Source: Bacteroidales bacterium
GTDB lineage: Bacteria; Bacteroidota; Bacteroidia; Bacteroidales; UBA932
Assembly: GCA_017506825.1 (NCBI GenBank)
Contig: JAFVMQ010000077.1
Span: 1 to 52,054, forward strand
Length of the DNA: 52,054 nt
Direction of reading: 5' to 3'
Part shown: positions 28,111-37,180 of the stretch, in pieces
Layout: the number at the start of each line of letters is the position of its first letter
Position numbering within the stretch: position 1 is the first letter of the stretch
The notes under the pieces: model-generated
Database searches by the model: none
Told to the model about the DNA's origin: nothing
The model's input: only the letters and a program-made list of their open reading frames with translations
Program-made: the position numbers and the translations under genes

Positions 28111-30096
28111 ATGAAAAGAATAATATATACATTATCAGCAATCGTTGTGCTTGCGCTTGGTGCCGTATCCTGCGACTCTTACTTCGACGTAGAGCTTCAG
28201 GACCAGGCTACCATTGAGGAGATGTTCAGCAAGAGAGGAACAGCACGTCAGCTCGCAGCGCACATGTATGCTTATCTTCCTAAGGAAGAGAATCCTGTTG
28301 ACGCTACCACAGAGGGTGGCTTCTCAGGCCGTACCGATGCCCGTCAGGTAAATGCATCGGCATATGCAAACAATGTCTTCGACCTTCGTGTAGGAGACTA
28401 CAGCCCTGCTTCAATCACAGGCTACAAGCTTTGGGAGAACTACTATAAGGCAATCGCTCACTGTACCCTCGTAATCGACAACATCCACCTCGACCTTGAG
28501 GATAACCAGGCTGTCCGCGATTACATGAAGGCTGAGGCACGCTTCATGCGCGCATTCTACTATTTCTGCCTTTTCCGTACATACGGTCCTGTCATCGTTT
28601 GGGGTGACAAGGCTGCTCCATCTGATGCGATCGGTGCAAACCTCGACAGAAACACCCTCGAGGAGAACATCGACTTCATCATTGACGAGCTCGACAAGGC
28701 AATCGAGGTACTTCCTATGAGCATCACCGAAGTCGGTCTTCAGGAAGGTTCCGATATGGGACGTGCCACAAAGGGTGCTGCCATGGCTCTCAAGTCAAGG
28801 GTTCTCCTTTATGCTGCTTCTCCTCTCTTCAACGGAAACGATCTCTACAAGGGAATGAAGAACTACTACGGTGACACAATCTTCCCTGAGACTTATGATG
28901 AGAACAAGTGGGAGCTTGCAAAGAAGGCGGCAAAAGATCTTATCGACCTCAACTACTACAGCCTCGTACAGGCTGGTGACAAGGCGACCGGCGACAAGTT
29001 CACTGACGGTATCCGTGCATATCAGAACATCTTCTTCAAGCAGTGGAACGAGGAGACTATCTGGGGATGGTGGATGAACTTCTACGATGACTGGCTCGGA
29101 CGTACAGGAGGTTTCATCGGCGCATGTGCTCCTCGTAACATCACAGTCGAGGGATGGCAGTCGCTTACTCCTTCATTCAAGCTCGTTGACGCTTATGCAA
29201 TGTATGAAAGCGGCCGTTACCCTGTGACAGGATATGACAGGACTTCAGGAATGGATGACTACTCGAAGCCGGTAGTCGACAATCTGTCGGGTTACGTTGA
29301 GGACGGTTTCAGCATGACCACCCAGTTCGAGGCCGAGTGGGCCGGAGAGTTCGAGGCACATAACTCTACTATCGGACGTGAGCCACGTTACTATGCTTCT
29401 GTTGTTCCTAACGGATACTACTGGCCTTGCGATCCTAAGCTCAAGACCATGACCAACCCTCAGACTTCATCTACCACATGGACAGCAGAAGATATGAAGT
29501 GTAATTTCTGGAGAGGTTCAGGTGCTCTCTGCCAGCGTTGGGACCAGACTTCGACAAACAACTATTTCGGTTATGCATGGCGTCGTCTCTATGCAGCGAA
29601 CAACCCTCTTGACGTAGGTGCCGACTATCAGCAGATCAAGTATGTATATCCTGCTTTCCGTCTTGCGGAAATCTACTTCAACTATGCGGAGTGCTGTATC
29701 GAGACAGGTGAATATGATGAAGCTGTAAAATACCTCAACCTTATCCGTAACCGTTCAGGTCTCAACAATCTTGAGGAAGCTTATCCTGATATTCTTGAGA
29801 ACGAGCAGCTTCTCAGATGGTGCTTCAAGCAGGAGAAGATGATTGAGTTCGCAATCGAGGGACCTATGCTCTTCTATGACAGCTGCCGTTGGATGACAGC
29901 AGAGCAGAACTTCCCTACATTGAACTGGACTCTCAACCTCAACGACGCTGTTGACTATCACGATTCATGGGTTCGCTCAAGCGAGGACTTCCCACTTGCA
30001 AAGCATGCGAAGTTCACAAAGAGAGACTATCTCTTCCCATTCGATTCTGACCAGCTCGCTGAAATGACAAACCTTACACAGAACTACGGATTCTAA
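28111..30096 (+). CDS. susD: SusD/RagB nutrient-binding lipoprotein
   Basis: Lipobox VS-C, EARFMRAFYYF.L...YG, GRATKGAA.ALKSRVLLYAASP, FRLAEIY.NYAE and QNYGF. Confidence 0.96.
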   Translation: MKRIIYTLSAIVVLALGAVSCDSYFDVELQDQATIEEMFSKRGTARQLAAHMYAYLPKEENPVDATTEGGFSGRTDARQVNASAYANNVFDLRVGDYSPASITGYKLWENYYKAIAHCTLVIDNIHLDLEDNQAVRDYMKAEARFMRAFYYFCLFRTYGPVIVWGDKAAPSDAIGANLDRNTLEENIDFIIDELDKAIEVLPMSITEVGLQEGSDMGRATKGAAMALKSRVLLYAASPLFNGNDLYKGMKNYYGDTIFPETYDENKWELAKKAAKDLIDLNYYSLVQAGDKATGDKFTDGIRAYQNIFFKQWNEETIWGWWMNFYDDWLGRTGGFIGACAPRNITVEGWQSLTPSFKLVDAYAMYESGRYPVTGYDRTSGMDDYSKPVVDNLSGYVEDGFSMTTQFEAEWAGEFEAHNSTIGREPRYYASVVPNGYYWPCDPKLKTMTNPQTSSTTWTAEDMKCNFWRGSGALCQRWDQTSTNNYFGYAWRRLYAANNPLDVGADYQQIKYVYPAFRLAEIYFNYAECCIETGEYDEAVKYLNLIRNRSGLNNLEEAYPDILENEQLLRWCFKQEKMIEFAIEGPMLFYDSCRWMTAEQNFPTLNWTLNLNDAVDYHDSWVRSSEDFPLAKHAKFTKRDYLFPFDSDQLAEMTNLTQNYGF

Positions 30097-30101
30097 TCTG
30101 A

Positions 30102-32147
30102 ATGAATATGAAGAATATATTTAAATATTTCTTGCTCTCAGCACTGATGATTACATTCGTAGCATCATGTGAGGACGACAGGAACAACTTTCTGCCGGAT
30201 GACTCGTTCGGCTTCAACAACAAGGCCGGCGAGAACGTCGTGACTCTTCCTCTCTACGGAGGCTCATACTCTATCGACGTGATCAAGAGCGGAAAGGGTC
30301 TTAACGAAGGAGTTGTGGACATCATGACTTCAAATACAGCTCTCATCGCATACAACGATGAGTATGAAACAGAATACCTCCCTCTTCCTGCAGATCAGGG
30401 ATTGTACTCTTTCGATACTGAAAGCATCGTCTTCGGTATGGATGATGTTACAAAATCTTTCAATGTGACATGGGATATCGCCAAGGTTGCGGCTTTCATC
30501 GACTCAAAGCCGGAAAACCAGTACTGCATTCCTGTGGCTCTCAGTTCTGATGGTCTTGATGTAAACGAAGGAAGAAATGTGTTCATCCTCAATCTTGTCA
30601 CTTCGACCATCACAGCCGAGCAGACCCTCCTCAGCAAGACTTACGAGTGGGAGTCTGAGCCTGTGTCAGAGACAATGGACATCACCGTACGTATCGACAA
30701 GGCTATTCCGGGTGTGGACCTTACTCTCGACTATGAAGTCGACAACAGTCTTATCGCCGCTTACAACGAGGCTAACGGAACAGCTTACGAGGCTGCACCG
30801 GAGGGACTTGTTACATTCGGTGCCGATCCTGTCCTCAAGGCTGGTGAGGGTTATGTCCTTCTTCCTGTAACAGTCAACACAAATGTTCTTGCAGAAGACA
30901 TGGAGGTTGAGGTTGACGGAGTCGTTGAAACAAGGAAGCTCGTCAAGAGAGACTGGGACGGATATGTCGTTCCTCTCAAGCTTTCAGGCATGTCTGTGGA
31001 CGGTGTCAAGGTAGACAACGGTCTGACATATGTGGTAGTGAAAGGTATGGAGCCTGTTCCACCTCAGCTCTTCACCCGCATGTGGGGTATCTATGCAACT
31101 TCATCTACAGCTCCTTGGCAGTCGACATTCGGAATTTCCGACTCTCGTAACATCACCATGGACGACCAGTATCTCTATATTCCTCAGAATGCCGGAGAAG
31201 GTGCAGTCCTCAAGGCGGTAAGCATCTCTGATCCTACACAGGTGAAGGATGTCAATGTAGATGGCGTGGCAGGCGGTACACATACTCTCTCATGCGTGAG
31301 AATGATCCCTAACACAGATCCGGCCGTGAACAATGGAAAGGACCTTCTTTCTGCCTGCTGTCTTTCGACAGGCGAGGGTTCTCACCTCCACTTCTACGTA
31401 TGGCTTGACGGCATTGATAACGCTCCTACACTCAGCGTGGTCGAGGATTCAGGACGTCGTCTCGGTGACAAGTACATCGTAGTAGGAAGCTGGAATGACG
31501 GTGAAGTCTACCTCAAGGACTACAACACAGGAAACATTATACGCTATGCCATGACAGAAGGTCGCATCGGTGAGTGGCCGGGAGCTGACGGACTTGCATA
31601 TGCACGCGGCAGAATGGACTACAATGCGTCAGTTCCTGATGCTTCAGGTTCTATCGGTTCTGCATATGTATATCCTGGTACACCGAATGCTTATGGAGAA
31701 GGAAACACTCCTGCTGGTTTCCTTGTGTCATCTACCGCAAGCGCACATTATCTCGGCAATACTTCAGGTAACGTATTCGCTTCAACCGCTGATTTAGGTA
31801 TGGCAATGACCCACGGATACAGCTTCTTCAGCGATAAGAAGACAGGTGAAAAATATGTCGCTTACGTTGCTCTTGAGGCAAATCAGGATCAGGGTAATGT
31901 CAAGGTTGTTTCTGACTTCAACGGCACACCAGAGGGACTTGTTGGTGTTCTCCAGAACCAGAAGGTTGTGTTCGAGGCTCCTGTCCAGGACGCAATGGAT
32001 ACAACAGTCCTCTCGCCATGTCCTGCAACTCATTCTACAGGTGACTGCGTGGTACGTGAGATCGGAAACGAGACTTACATGGCTGTGATGATCCAGAATG
32101 TAGGTATCTCTGTGTTCAAGCTCAATGCTGGTTTCATTGCTGAGTAA
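30102..32147 (+). CDS. SusE-position surface glycan-binding lipoprotein (two DUF1735/BT_3987-like domains plus C-terminal domain)
   Basis: Lipobox AS-C; two LIAYN....Y..P...Y.(I/V)P repeats; C-terminal domain shared with 3810..5774; directly after susD. Confidence 0.78.
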   Translation: MNMKNIFKYFLLSALMITFVASCEDDRNNFLPDDSFGFNNKAGENVVTLPLYGGSYSIDVIKSGKGLNEGVVDIMTSNTALIAYNDEYETEYLPLPADQGLYSFDTESIVFGMDDVTKSFNVTWDIAKVAAFIDSKPENQYCIPVALSSDGLDVNEGRNVFILNLVTSTITAEQTLLSKTYEWESEPVSETMDITVRIDKAIPGVDLTLDYEVDNSLIAAYNEANGTAYEAAPEGLVTFGADPVLKAGEGYVLLPVTVNTNVLAEDMEVEVDGVVETRKLVKRDWDGYVVPLKLSGMSVDGVKVDNGLTYVVVKGMEPVPPQLFTRMWGIYATSSTAPWQSTFGISDSRNITMDDQYLYIPQNAGEGAVLKAVSISDPTQVKDVNVDGVAGGTHTLSCVRMIPNTDPAVNNGKDLLSACCLSTGEGSHLHFYVWLDGIDNAPTLSVVEDSGRRLGDKYIVVGSWNDGEVYLKDYNTGNIIRYAMTEGRIGEWPGADGLAYARGRMDYNASVPDASGSIGSAYVYPGTPNAYGEGNTPAGFLVSSTASAHYLGNTSGNVFASTADLGMAMTHGYSFFSDKKTGEKYVAYVALEANQDQGNVKVVSDFNGTPEGLVGVLQNQKVVFEAPVQDAMDTTVLSPCPATHSTGDCVVREIGNETYMAVMIQNVGISVFKLNAGFIAE

Positions 32148-32153
32148 CAGGTT

Positions 32154-33353
32154 ATGAAATCTATACTTATGAGAATCATAGCAGTGGCAGCCACTGCTAT
32201 GATTTTTAGTAGTTGTGGAACTACTGCAGGGCTTTACAGCTGGGAGAAGGACGGGATAGAACCTATCGCTGACGCTGCCATCTGTTATGGCGGTCATGCT
32301 GCCCGCAATCCGTATCTCTGGACTCCGGAGCGTTTCGAGAAGACAGTTGCATATACCGACGAGAACGGCAAGGAGCACTGGCTCTTTGACAATATGATCA
32401 TGATGGAGCTCTGGGATGACGATTATGCCGTGACATTCTCGATTGCGAACGACGGTCGTTATTCTTCGCGCAAGGAGCACTGGCAGAGGCAACTCGACTA
32501 CTGGTTCGACTCTCAGAATGGTTTTGCCGCTCTCGAACAGTGCATTTCTGATGTGGCTTCAAGGATAGGCAAGCCTTCTTCAAAGAGGGGAATCATCTTC
32601 TCTCTTCCTGATCCAGTATACTTCGAGCATTATACAAATGCAATGAAGGGAGAGAACAGGAACACTGTCTATTGGGGCGAGATCGACGGGGTAGCGATGG
32701 ACTTCTCGAAACCGGAAGACAGGATCAAGGCGTATCTCTGGCTTGTGGATGCCGTGCGTGCAAAGTTTGCCGAGGCAAAGTACAGGAACATCGAACTTAT
32801 AGGATTCTATGTGCTTTCAGAGGAACTTTCTGTTCCTGGCAGCTTCCGTTACGAGTACAAGCAGCATGACATCACAATCAAAGCTGTTGCTGACTACTGC
32901 CACTCTGTGAACGAAGGATTCTACTGGGTCCCTTATGCAATGGCTCCAGGCATAGAGAGAAGCAGGGACTTCGGATTCGACCTTACGGTCATGCAGCCGA
33001 ACTATTACTGGACCGATGCGAAATGGTCATGGGACCAGATCGAGAAAACCATCAGGGAGCATGGTCTGGGAATGGAACTTGAGTTCGAGGGAACTCACGG
33101 CGAACCTCTTACCTCATCGATCCTGAGCAATCTCAAGAACGGCGAGGCCAATCCTTATGCTGAGCGCAACAAGGCGCGCTTCCAGGAGTATCTTGACAAT
33201 GCTAGGAGCCGCGGTCTCTACGGAGAGGTACCTTTCGTACTCTATGCCGGTACAAACGGTCTTTACGAACTTGCTGTCTCTGAAGACGAAAAGGACAAGG
33301 AAATGTATCACAAACTTTGTAAGTTTGTCATCGGGAATCCTTTGAAGAAGTAA
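32154..33353 (+). CDS. DUF4855-like lipoprotein (putative glycoside hydrolase)
   Basis: Lipobox SS-C; HWLFD, LPDP, YWGEIDG...DF, GFYVLSE, YWVPY, QPNYYW and GMELEFEGTHG. Confidence 0.75.
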   Translation: MKSILMRIIAVAATAMIFSSCGTTAGLYSWEKDGIEPIADAAICYGGHAARNPYLWTPERFEKTVAYTDENGKEHWLFDNMIMMELWDDDYAVTFSIANDGRYSSRKEHWQRQLDYWFDSQNGFAALEQCISDVASRIGKPSSKRGIIFSLPDPVYFEHYTNAMKGENRNTVYWGEIDGVAMDFSKPEDRIKAYLWLVDAVRAKFAEAKYRNIELIGFYVLSEELSVPGSFRYEYKQHDITIKAVADYCHSVNEGFYWVPYAMAPGIERSRDFGFDLTVMQPNYYWTDAKWSWDQIEKTIREHGLGMELEFEGTHGEPLTSSILSNLKNGEANPYAERNKARFQEYLDNARSRGLYGEVPFVLYAGTNGLYELAVSEDEKDKEMYHKLCKFVIGNPLKK

Positions 33354-33359
33354 CACTCA

Positions 33360-34919
33360 ATGATCAGAAGAATGCTATACATATCTGCAGTGCTCCTTGT
33401 TGCTGCATCATGCGGAAAAGAGGCGGAACCGGAATATGTTCCCAACCCTGTCATAGAGGCATCGTTGGAGACTTTCTACAATGACGGCATAATCGTCTCA
33501 TACAAGACCTTGAACACAGACGGAGTCTATGCCCTTGTCCTTCCGGCAGGGGATGAGGCTCCTGCTGAGGAAAGGATAGCCGAAGAAGGTGCAAAGGGCG
33601 AAAACGGACAGATTTTCGTCGGCGGATTGAAAAAGGATACGGAATACACTGCATATGTGGTAGGAACTGCAGGAAACAGGTTCAGCAAGATCGTGAGCTT
33701 CAGTTTCGAGACTCCTTCGATGTATTCGTGGGAATCGTCAAGGAAAGAGATACTTGCTTTTGCAGACCTCGACCTGTTGCCGGGAGGTATTTCGAACAAG
33801 ACCCCGAGGGACTGGGACGAGAACCGTCTTCTGCCCCATGTTACATTCACCGACAGCGACGGACAGGAAAAATGGCTCCACGAAGCTTTTCTCTTCATCG
33901 GAGGGGTTGATGACGAGCGGGGAACCATCCTGTGCATTTCTGACGGAAAGAATAAATCTGCAGGTCAGGATTCCTGGAAGGATTTTGCCGACTGGTGGCT
34001 CTCGGAAGGCGGGGTCATCGATGCCCTTGACATGACGATTTCCAATGCGGCGGGCAGGATCGGAAAGCCGTCGTTCAGACACAAGGTGGTGATGACCATG
34101 CCGGATCCCATCATGCTGGAATATTTCTCTGACAAGAGTTCTTCCACAACATACTGGGGTTCGGTCTATGATCGTCAGCTGGATTTCAAGAATGCTTCCG
34201 ATCAGGTTGCTGCTTACAGGTGGTATATCGATTATGTAAGAGAACTCTGGGAGAAGAATACGCCGGAAAACATCGAGCTTGCAGGATTCTATGTCCTTTC
34301 TGAAATCCTTGTTGCAAAGCCTTCGGGCTGGAACTACAAGTACAAGAGGTGGGACCAGATCCTTCCGTCAGTATCAGACTATCTTCACGAACTGAAATAC
34401 GGACTCTACTGGATTCCTTATTATCAGGCTGACGGTTACGATATGACTGAAGAACTGGGAATTGACTATACCTGGCTCCAGCCTAACAAATACTGGGATT
34501 ATCCTGAGAAGAAACAGAAGAAGTCATGGAGCTGGGTCTTCAGTTCCATGGATACATACGGTCACGGAATGGAGATCGAATTCGAAGGATCGCACGGAGA
34601 GCCGGGCTGGAGTCAGTATGAGGAAGGCGTTCCTCGTACAAGCTCATCCATCCTTGAGACCGTACGTACCGGCAATGATGCCCAGGGAACTCCCAAAGGT
34701 GCTGCGAATCCTCAGGCGGCACGCAACAAACAGCTTCTGCGAGACTATATGGACGAGTTCAAGAAGGCAGGCTATTACGGAAAGGCACGTATAGCCACAT
34801 ACTCCGGCACCAACGCCATGTATGAGCTTGCGACCTCTCCGGATCAGAAGGATAAGGAAATGTATCTCGAATACTGCCGCTTCATTGTTGAAAACCCATT
34901 ACGCGTCACGTCATTGTGA
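33360..34919 (+). CDS. Lipoprotein with an N-terminal Ig/FN3-like domain and a DUF4855-like domain
   Basis: Lipobox AS-C; MPDP, YWG, GFYVLSE, YWIPY, LQPNKYW and GMEIEFEGSHG. Confidence 0.75.
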   Translation: MIRRMLYISAVLLVAASCGKEAEPEYVPNPVIEASLETFYNDGIIVSYKTLNTDGVYALVLPAGDEAPAEERIAEEGAKGENGQIFVGGLKKDTEYTAYVVGTAGNRFSKIVSFSFETPSMYSWESSRKEILAFADLDLLPGGISNKTPRDWDENRLLPHVTFTDSDGQEKWLHEAFLFIGGVDDERGTILCISDGKNKSAGQDSWKDFADWWLSEGGVIDALDMTISNAAGRIGKPSFRHKVVMTMPDPIMLEYFSDKSSSTTYWGSVYDRQLDFKNASDQVAAYRWYIDYVRELWEKNTPENIELAGFYVLSEILVAKPSGWNYKYKRWDQILPSVSDYLHELKYGLYWIPYYQADGYDMTEELGIDYTWLQPNKYWDYPEKKQKKSWSWVFSSMDTYGHGMEIEFEGSHGEPGWSQYEEGVPRTSSSILETVRTGNDAQGTPKGAANPQAARNKQLLRDYMDEFKKAGYYGKARIATYSGTNAMYELATSPDQKDKEMYLEYCRFIVENPLRVTSL

Positions 34920-34943
34920 GGAACTGAGTGACGTGGCAATCCC
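34909..34943 (+). repeat. CGTC-type REP-like element overlapping the stop codon
   Basis: CGTCATTGTGAGGAACTGAGTGACGTGGCAATCCC has the same CGTCATT...AATC frame as the other copies and contains the gene's TGA (34917-34919). Confidence 0.65.
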
Positions 34944-34958
34944 ATAGAAAACAGAATT

Positions 34959-37094
34959 ATGAATAAACTACTGACAATTGCGGCATTTGCCGCCATGCTT
35001 ATCGGATGTACAGGCACACCGTGCGCCCCTGCACTGGTGGAGGAAGACAACACTCCAGGCTTTGTCCTCAGCGACAAAAGTGTAGAGGTAAAGGTTGGAG
35101 AAGACGGTTCACTCCTTGTTCTCCGCAACGCGGAAACAGATCACAACTATGCTTCAGGAGCAGGTCTCTGGAGAATGTTCTACAACACCCTCGAAGAGAA
35201 GGAGATGCAGATCGACGGTACAGAGAATACTCCTGTGGTATCACAGGAAGGAAACGTCATAACCATCGCCTATAAGAATCTTGTACACAGGGGAAAAGCC
35301 CTCAAGATGGACCTGACTCTTACTGTGGCACTTGAGGATGGAGCTGTCCGTTTCGGTTCTACCGTAACCAACAACGAGCCGCATACAATCGTACGCGAGC
35401 TTCAGTATCCTCTTGTAGGTGATATGGTGCTTCCTGAAGGTCATAAGCTTCTTACCACCCACACAGGTGGTCAGCTCCACGATGATGCTATCGACCTGAT
35501 CGTGAACGTGAATCCGAAGACCCTTTACATGAAGCCTGACCAGTACTTCCGTCAGTATGACCTCCAGTATCCTCGTCATGCCGCTTCAAACTGCTATGCG
35601 TTTGTCGGAGAGGAAGACGGACTCTACTTCGGAAGCCACGACCAGAGCCTCCAGCAGACATGGCACGGACTCCGCGCCTATCCTTCCGCTCCGAATCAGT
35701 TCGACCGTCTCGAGGTCGGTTTCTACCGCTATCCTAACGCAATGTGCGGTGACTCTTGGTCAAACAACACAAGCATCCTGAAACCGTACATGGGTTCATG
35801 GACAGAGACTTCGCATATCTATCGCGATTGGATGGACACATGGTGGGATAAGAGGGATGTACCGCAGTGGGTAAAGGAGATGACAGGCTGGCAGCGTATC
35901 ATCTTCAAGCACCAGTACGGCGAATACCTCCGCAAGTACACCGATCTTCCCGGACGCATCAACGACTGCGGAAAGAGCGTGGGATGCAACACAGTACTTG
36001 CATTCGGATGGTGGAGCGACGGTATGGATAACGGCTATCCTAACTACTATATCGACGAGACACAGGGCGGAGAAGAGGCTTGGAAGAAAGCTATCTCAGA
36101 CTACCGCGAAGATGGCAACCGCCTTGTCCTTTATTACAACGGTCGTCTCGTAGACCGCGAAAGCGACTGGTACATGCATGGCAACGGCAAGAAGGCCGTG
36201 AACCGCGACAATACCGGTGCAGAGTTCGCAGAGCATTACAAGTTCACCGGCGAAGGTACTGCTCTCGGATACTATGATACCCGTACATTCTCTATCGCGA
36301 ACATGTCGAACCGAGAGTGGCGTGACATGCTTGTCCAGTGGGCTGACAGAGCTATGTCGTACGGAGCAGATGCCGTATTCTACGACCAGCTCGGTGTTGC
36401 AGAAGAATTCCCGAACTGGGACCGTTCGCGTGAATTCCCTGTCCAGGATATCTATACAGGACGCTACAAGGCTGAGGCATTGAAAGAGATCCGTGACCAT
36501 ATCAAGGCGATCAACCCTGAGTTCTGCCTCGGTACCGAGTGGCTCAGCGACTGCACATCACAGTTCTGCGACTTCGTCCATATCGTAGAGTTTACAGCAG
36601 AGCCTTACAGTTTCCCGGAATGGTTCAAGTATACTTTCCCTGAAGTGATCTGGTCAGACCGCTGTCTGCGTGACGACACTGATGTAGAACGTCGCGCGAA
36701 CAACACCTTGCTCAAGGGTCTTGTAAACGATATCGAGATATTCCGTTGCCGCGGTCTCATCGACGAGACTCCGCATTACCAGAGCTATCTCGCTCAGATA
36801 AACGCAATACGTCACAAATATCCTGAGCTTCTTCTCGGCGCAGGACGCTTTGTCCATATGGATGGCTTCACATGCTCTTCAGAGGACGTCATAGCACGTG
36901 GATATGCAAACGGAGACCGTCTTGCAATCGTAGCGACTACCCTCAATGCGGACGGAGCCTCAGGCAGGATATCAGTACCAGGCTACAGGTTCGTTGAAAG
37001 TTCGTCAATCGGCGAAGTCTCAGTATCGGCCAACGGTTCGAAACTCAGACTTGCCCAGAACGGCATCACCGTCCTCATCTTCGAGAAAGAATAA
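34959..37094 (+). CDS. DUF6259-like lipoprotein, putative glycoside hydrolase (beta-sandwich plus TIM barrel)
   Basis: Lipobox IG-C. Beta-rich N-terminal domain, then FGWW..G.D..YP, YYNG, VFYDQLG and GTEW: an Asp/Glu pair typical of GH27/36/101-like barrels. Last gene of the susC operon. Confidence 0.65.
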   Translation: MNKLLTIAAFAAMLIGCTGTPCAPALVEEDNTPGFVLSDKSVEVKVGEDGSLLVLRNAETDHNYASGAGLWRMFYNTLEEKEMQIDGTENTPVVSQEGNVITIAYKNLVHRGKALKMDLTLTVALEDGAVRFGSTVTNNEPHTIVRELQYPLVGDMVLPEGHKLLTTHTGGQLHDDAIDLIVNVNPKTLYMKPDQYFRQYDLQYPRHAASNCYAFVGEEDGLYFGSHDQSLQQTWHGLRAYPSAPNQFDRLEVGFYRYPNAMCGDSWSNNTSILKPYMGSWTETSHIYRDWMDTWWDKRDVPQWVKEMTGWQRIIFKHQYGEYLRKYTDLPGRINDCGKSVGCNTVLAFGWWSDGMDNGYPNYYIDETQGGEEAWKKAISDYREDGNRLVLYYNGRLVDRESDWYMHGNGKKAVNRDNTGAEFAEHYKFTGEGTALGYYDTRTFSIANMSNREWRDMLVQWADRAMSYGADAVFYDQLGVAEEFPNWDRSREFPVQDIYTGRYKAEALKEIRDHIKAINPEFCLGTEWLSDCTSQFCDFVHIVEFTAEPYSFPEWFKYTFPEVIWSDRCLRDDTDVERRANNTLLKGLVNDIEIFRCRGLIDETPHYQSYLAQINAIRHKYPELLLGAGRFVHMDGFTCSSEDVIARGYANGDRLAIVATTLNADGASGRISVPGYRFVESSSIGEVSVSANGSKLRLAQNGITVLIFEKE

Positions 37095-37116
37095 AACCAT
37101 AAAGAATGATAGTAAG

Positions 37117-37149
37117 ACTGAGCGACCTTGACGGGTCGCTCAGTTTTTT
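37117..37149 (+). terminator. Intrinsic terminator ending the PUL
   Basis: ACTGAGCGACC-TTGACG-GGTCGCTCAGT followed by TTTTT. Confidence 0.9.
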
Positions 37150-37150
37150 G

Positions 37151-37158
37151 TATCTTTG
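37151..37158 (+). promoter_or_regulatory. -7 promoter element for dnaE
   Basis: TATCTTTG 22 bp before the ATG. Confidence 0.65.
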
Positions 37159-37180
37159 TCCTCCTTAAAACAGAAAGCAT

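Noticed and set aside
33326-33341. GTCATCGGGAATCC resembling REP ends
   Set aside because: It lacks the palindromic left arm and encodes FVIGNPL, which matches FIVENPL in the paralog, so it is ordinary coding sequence.
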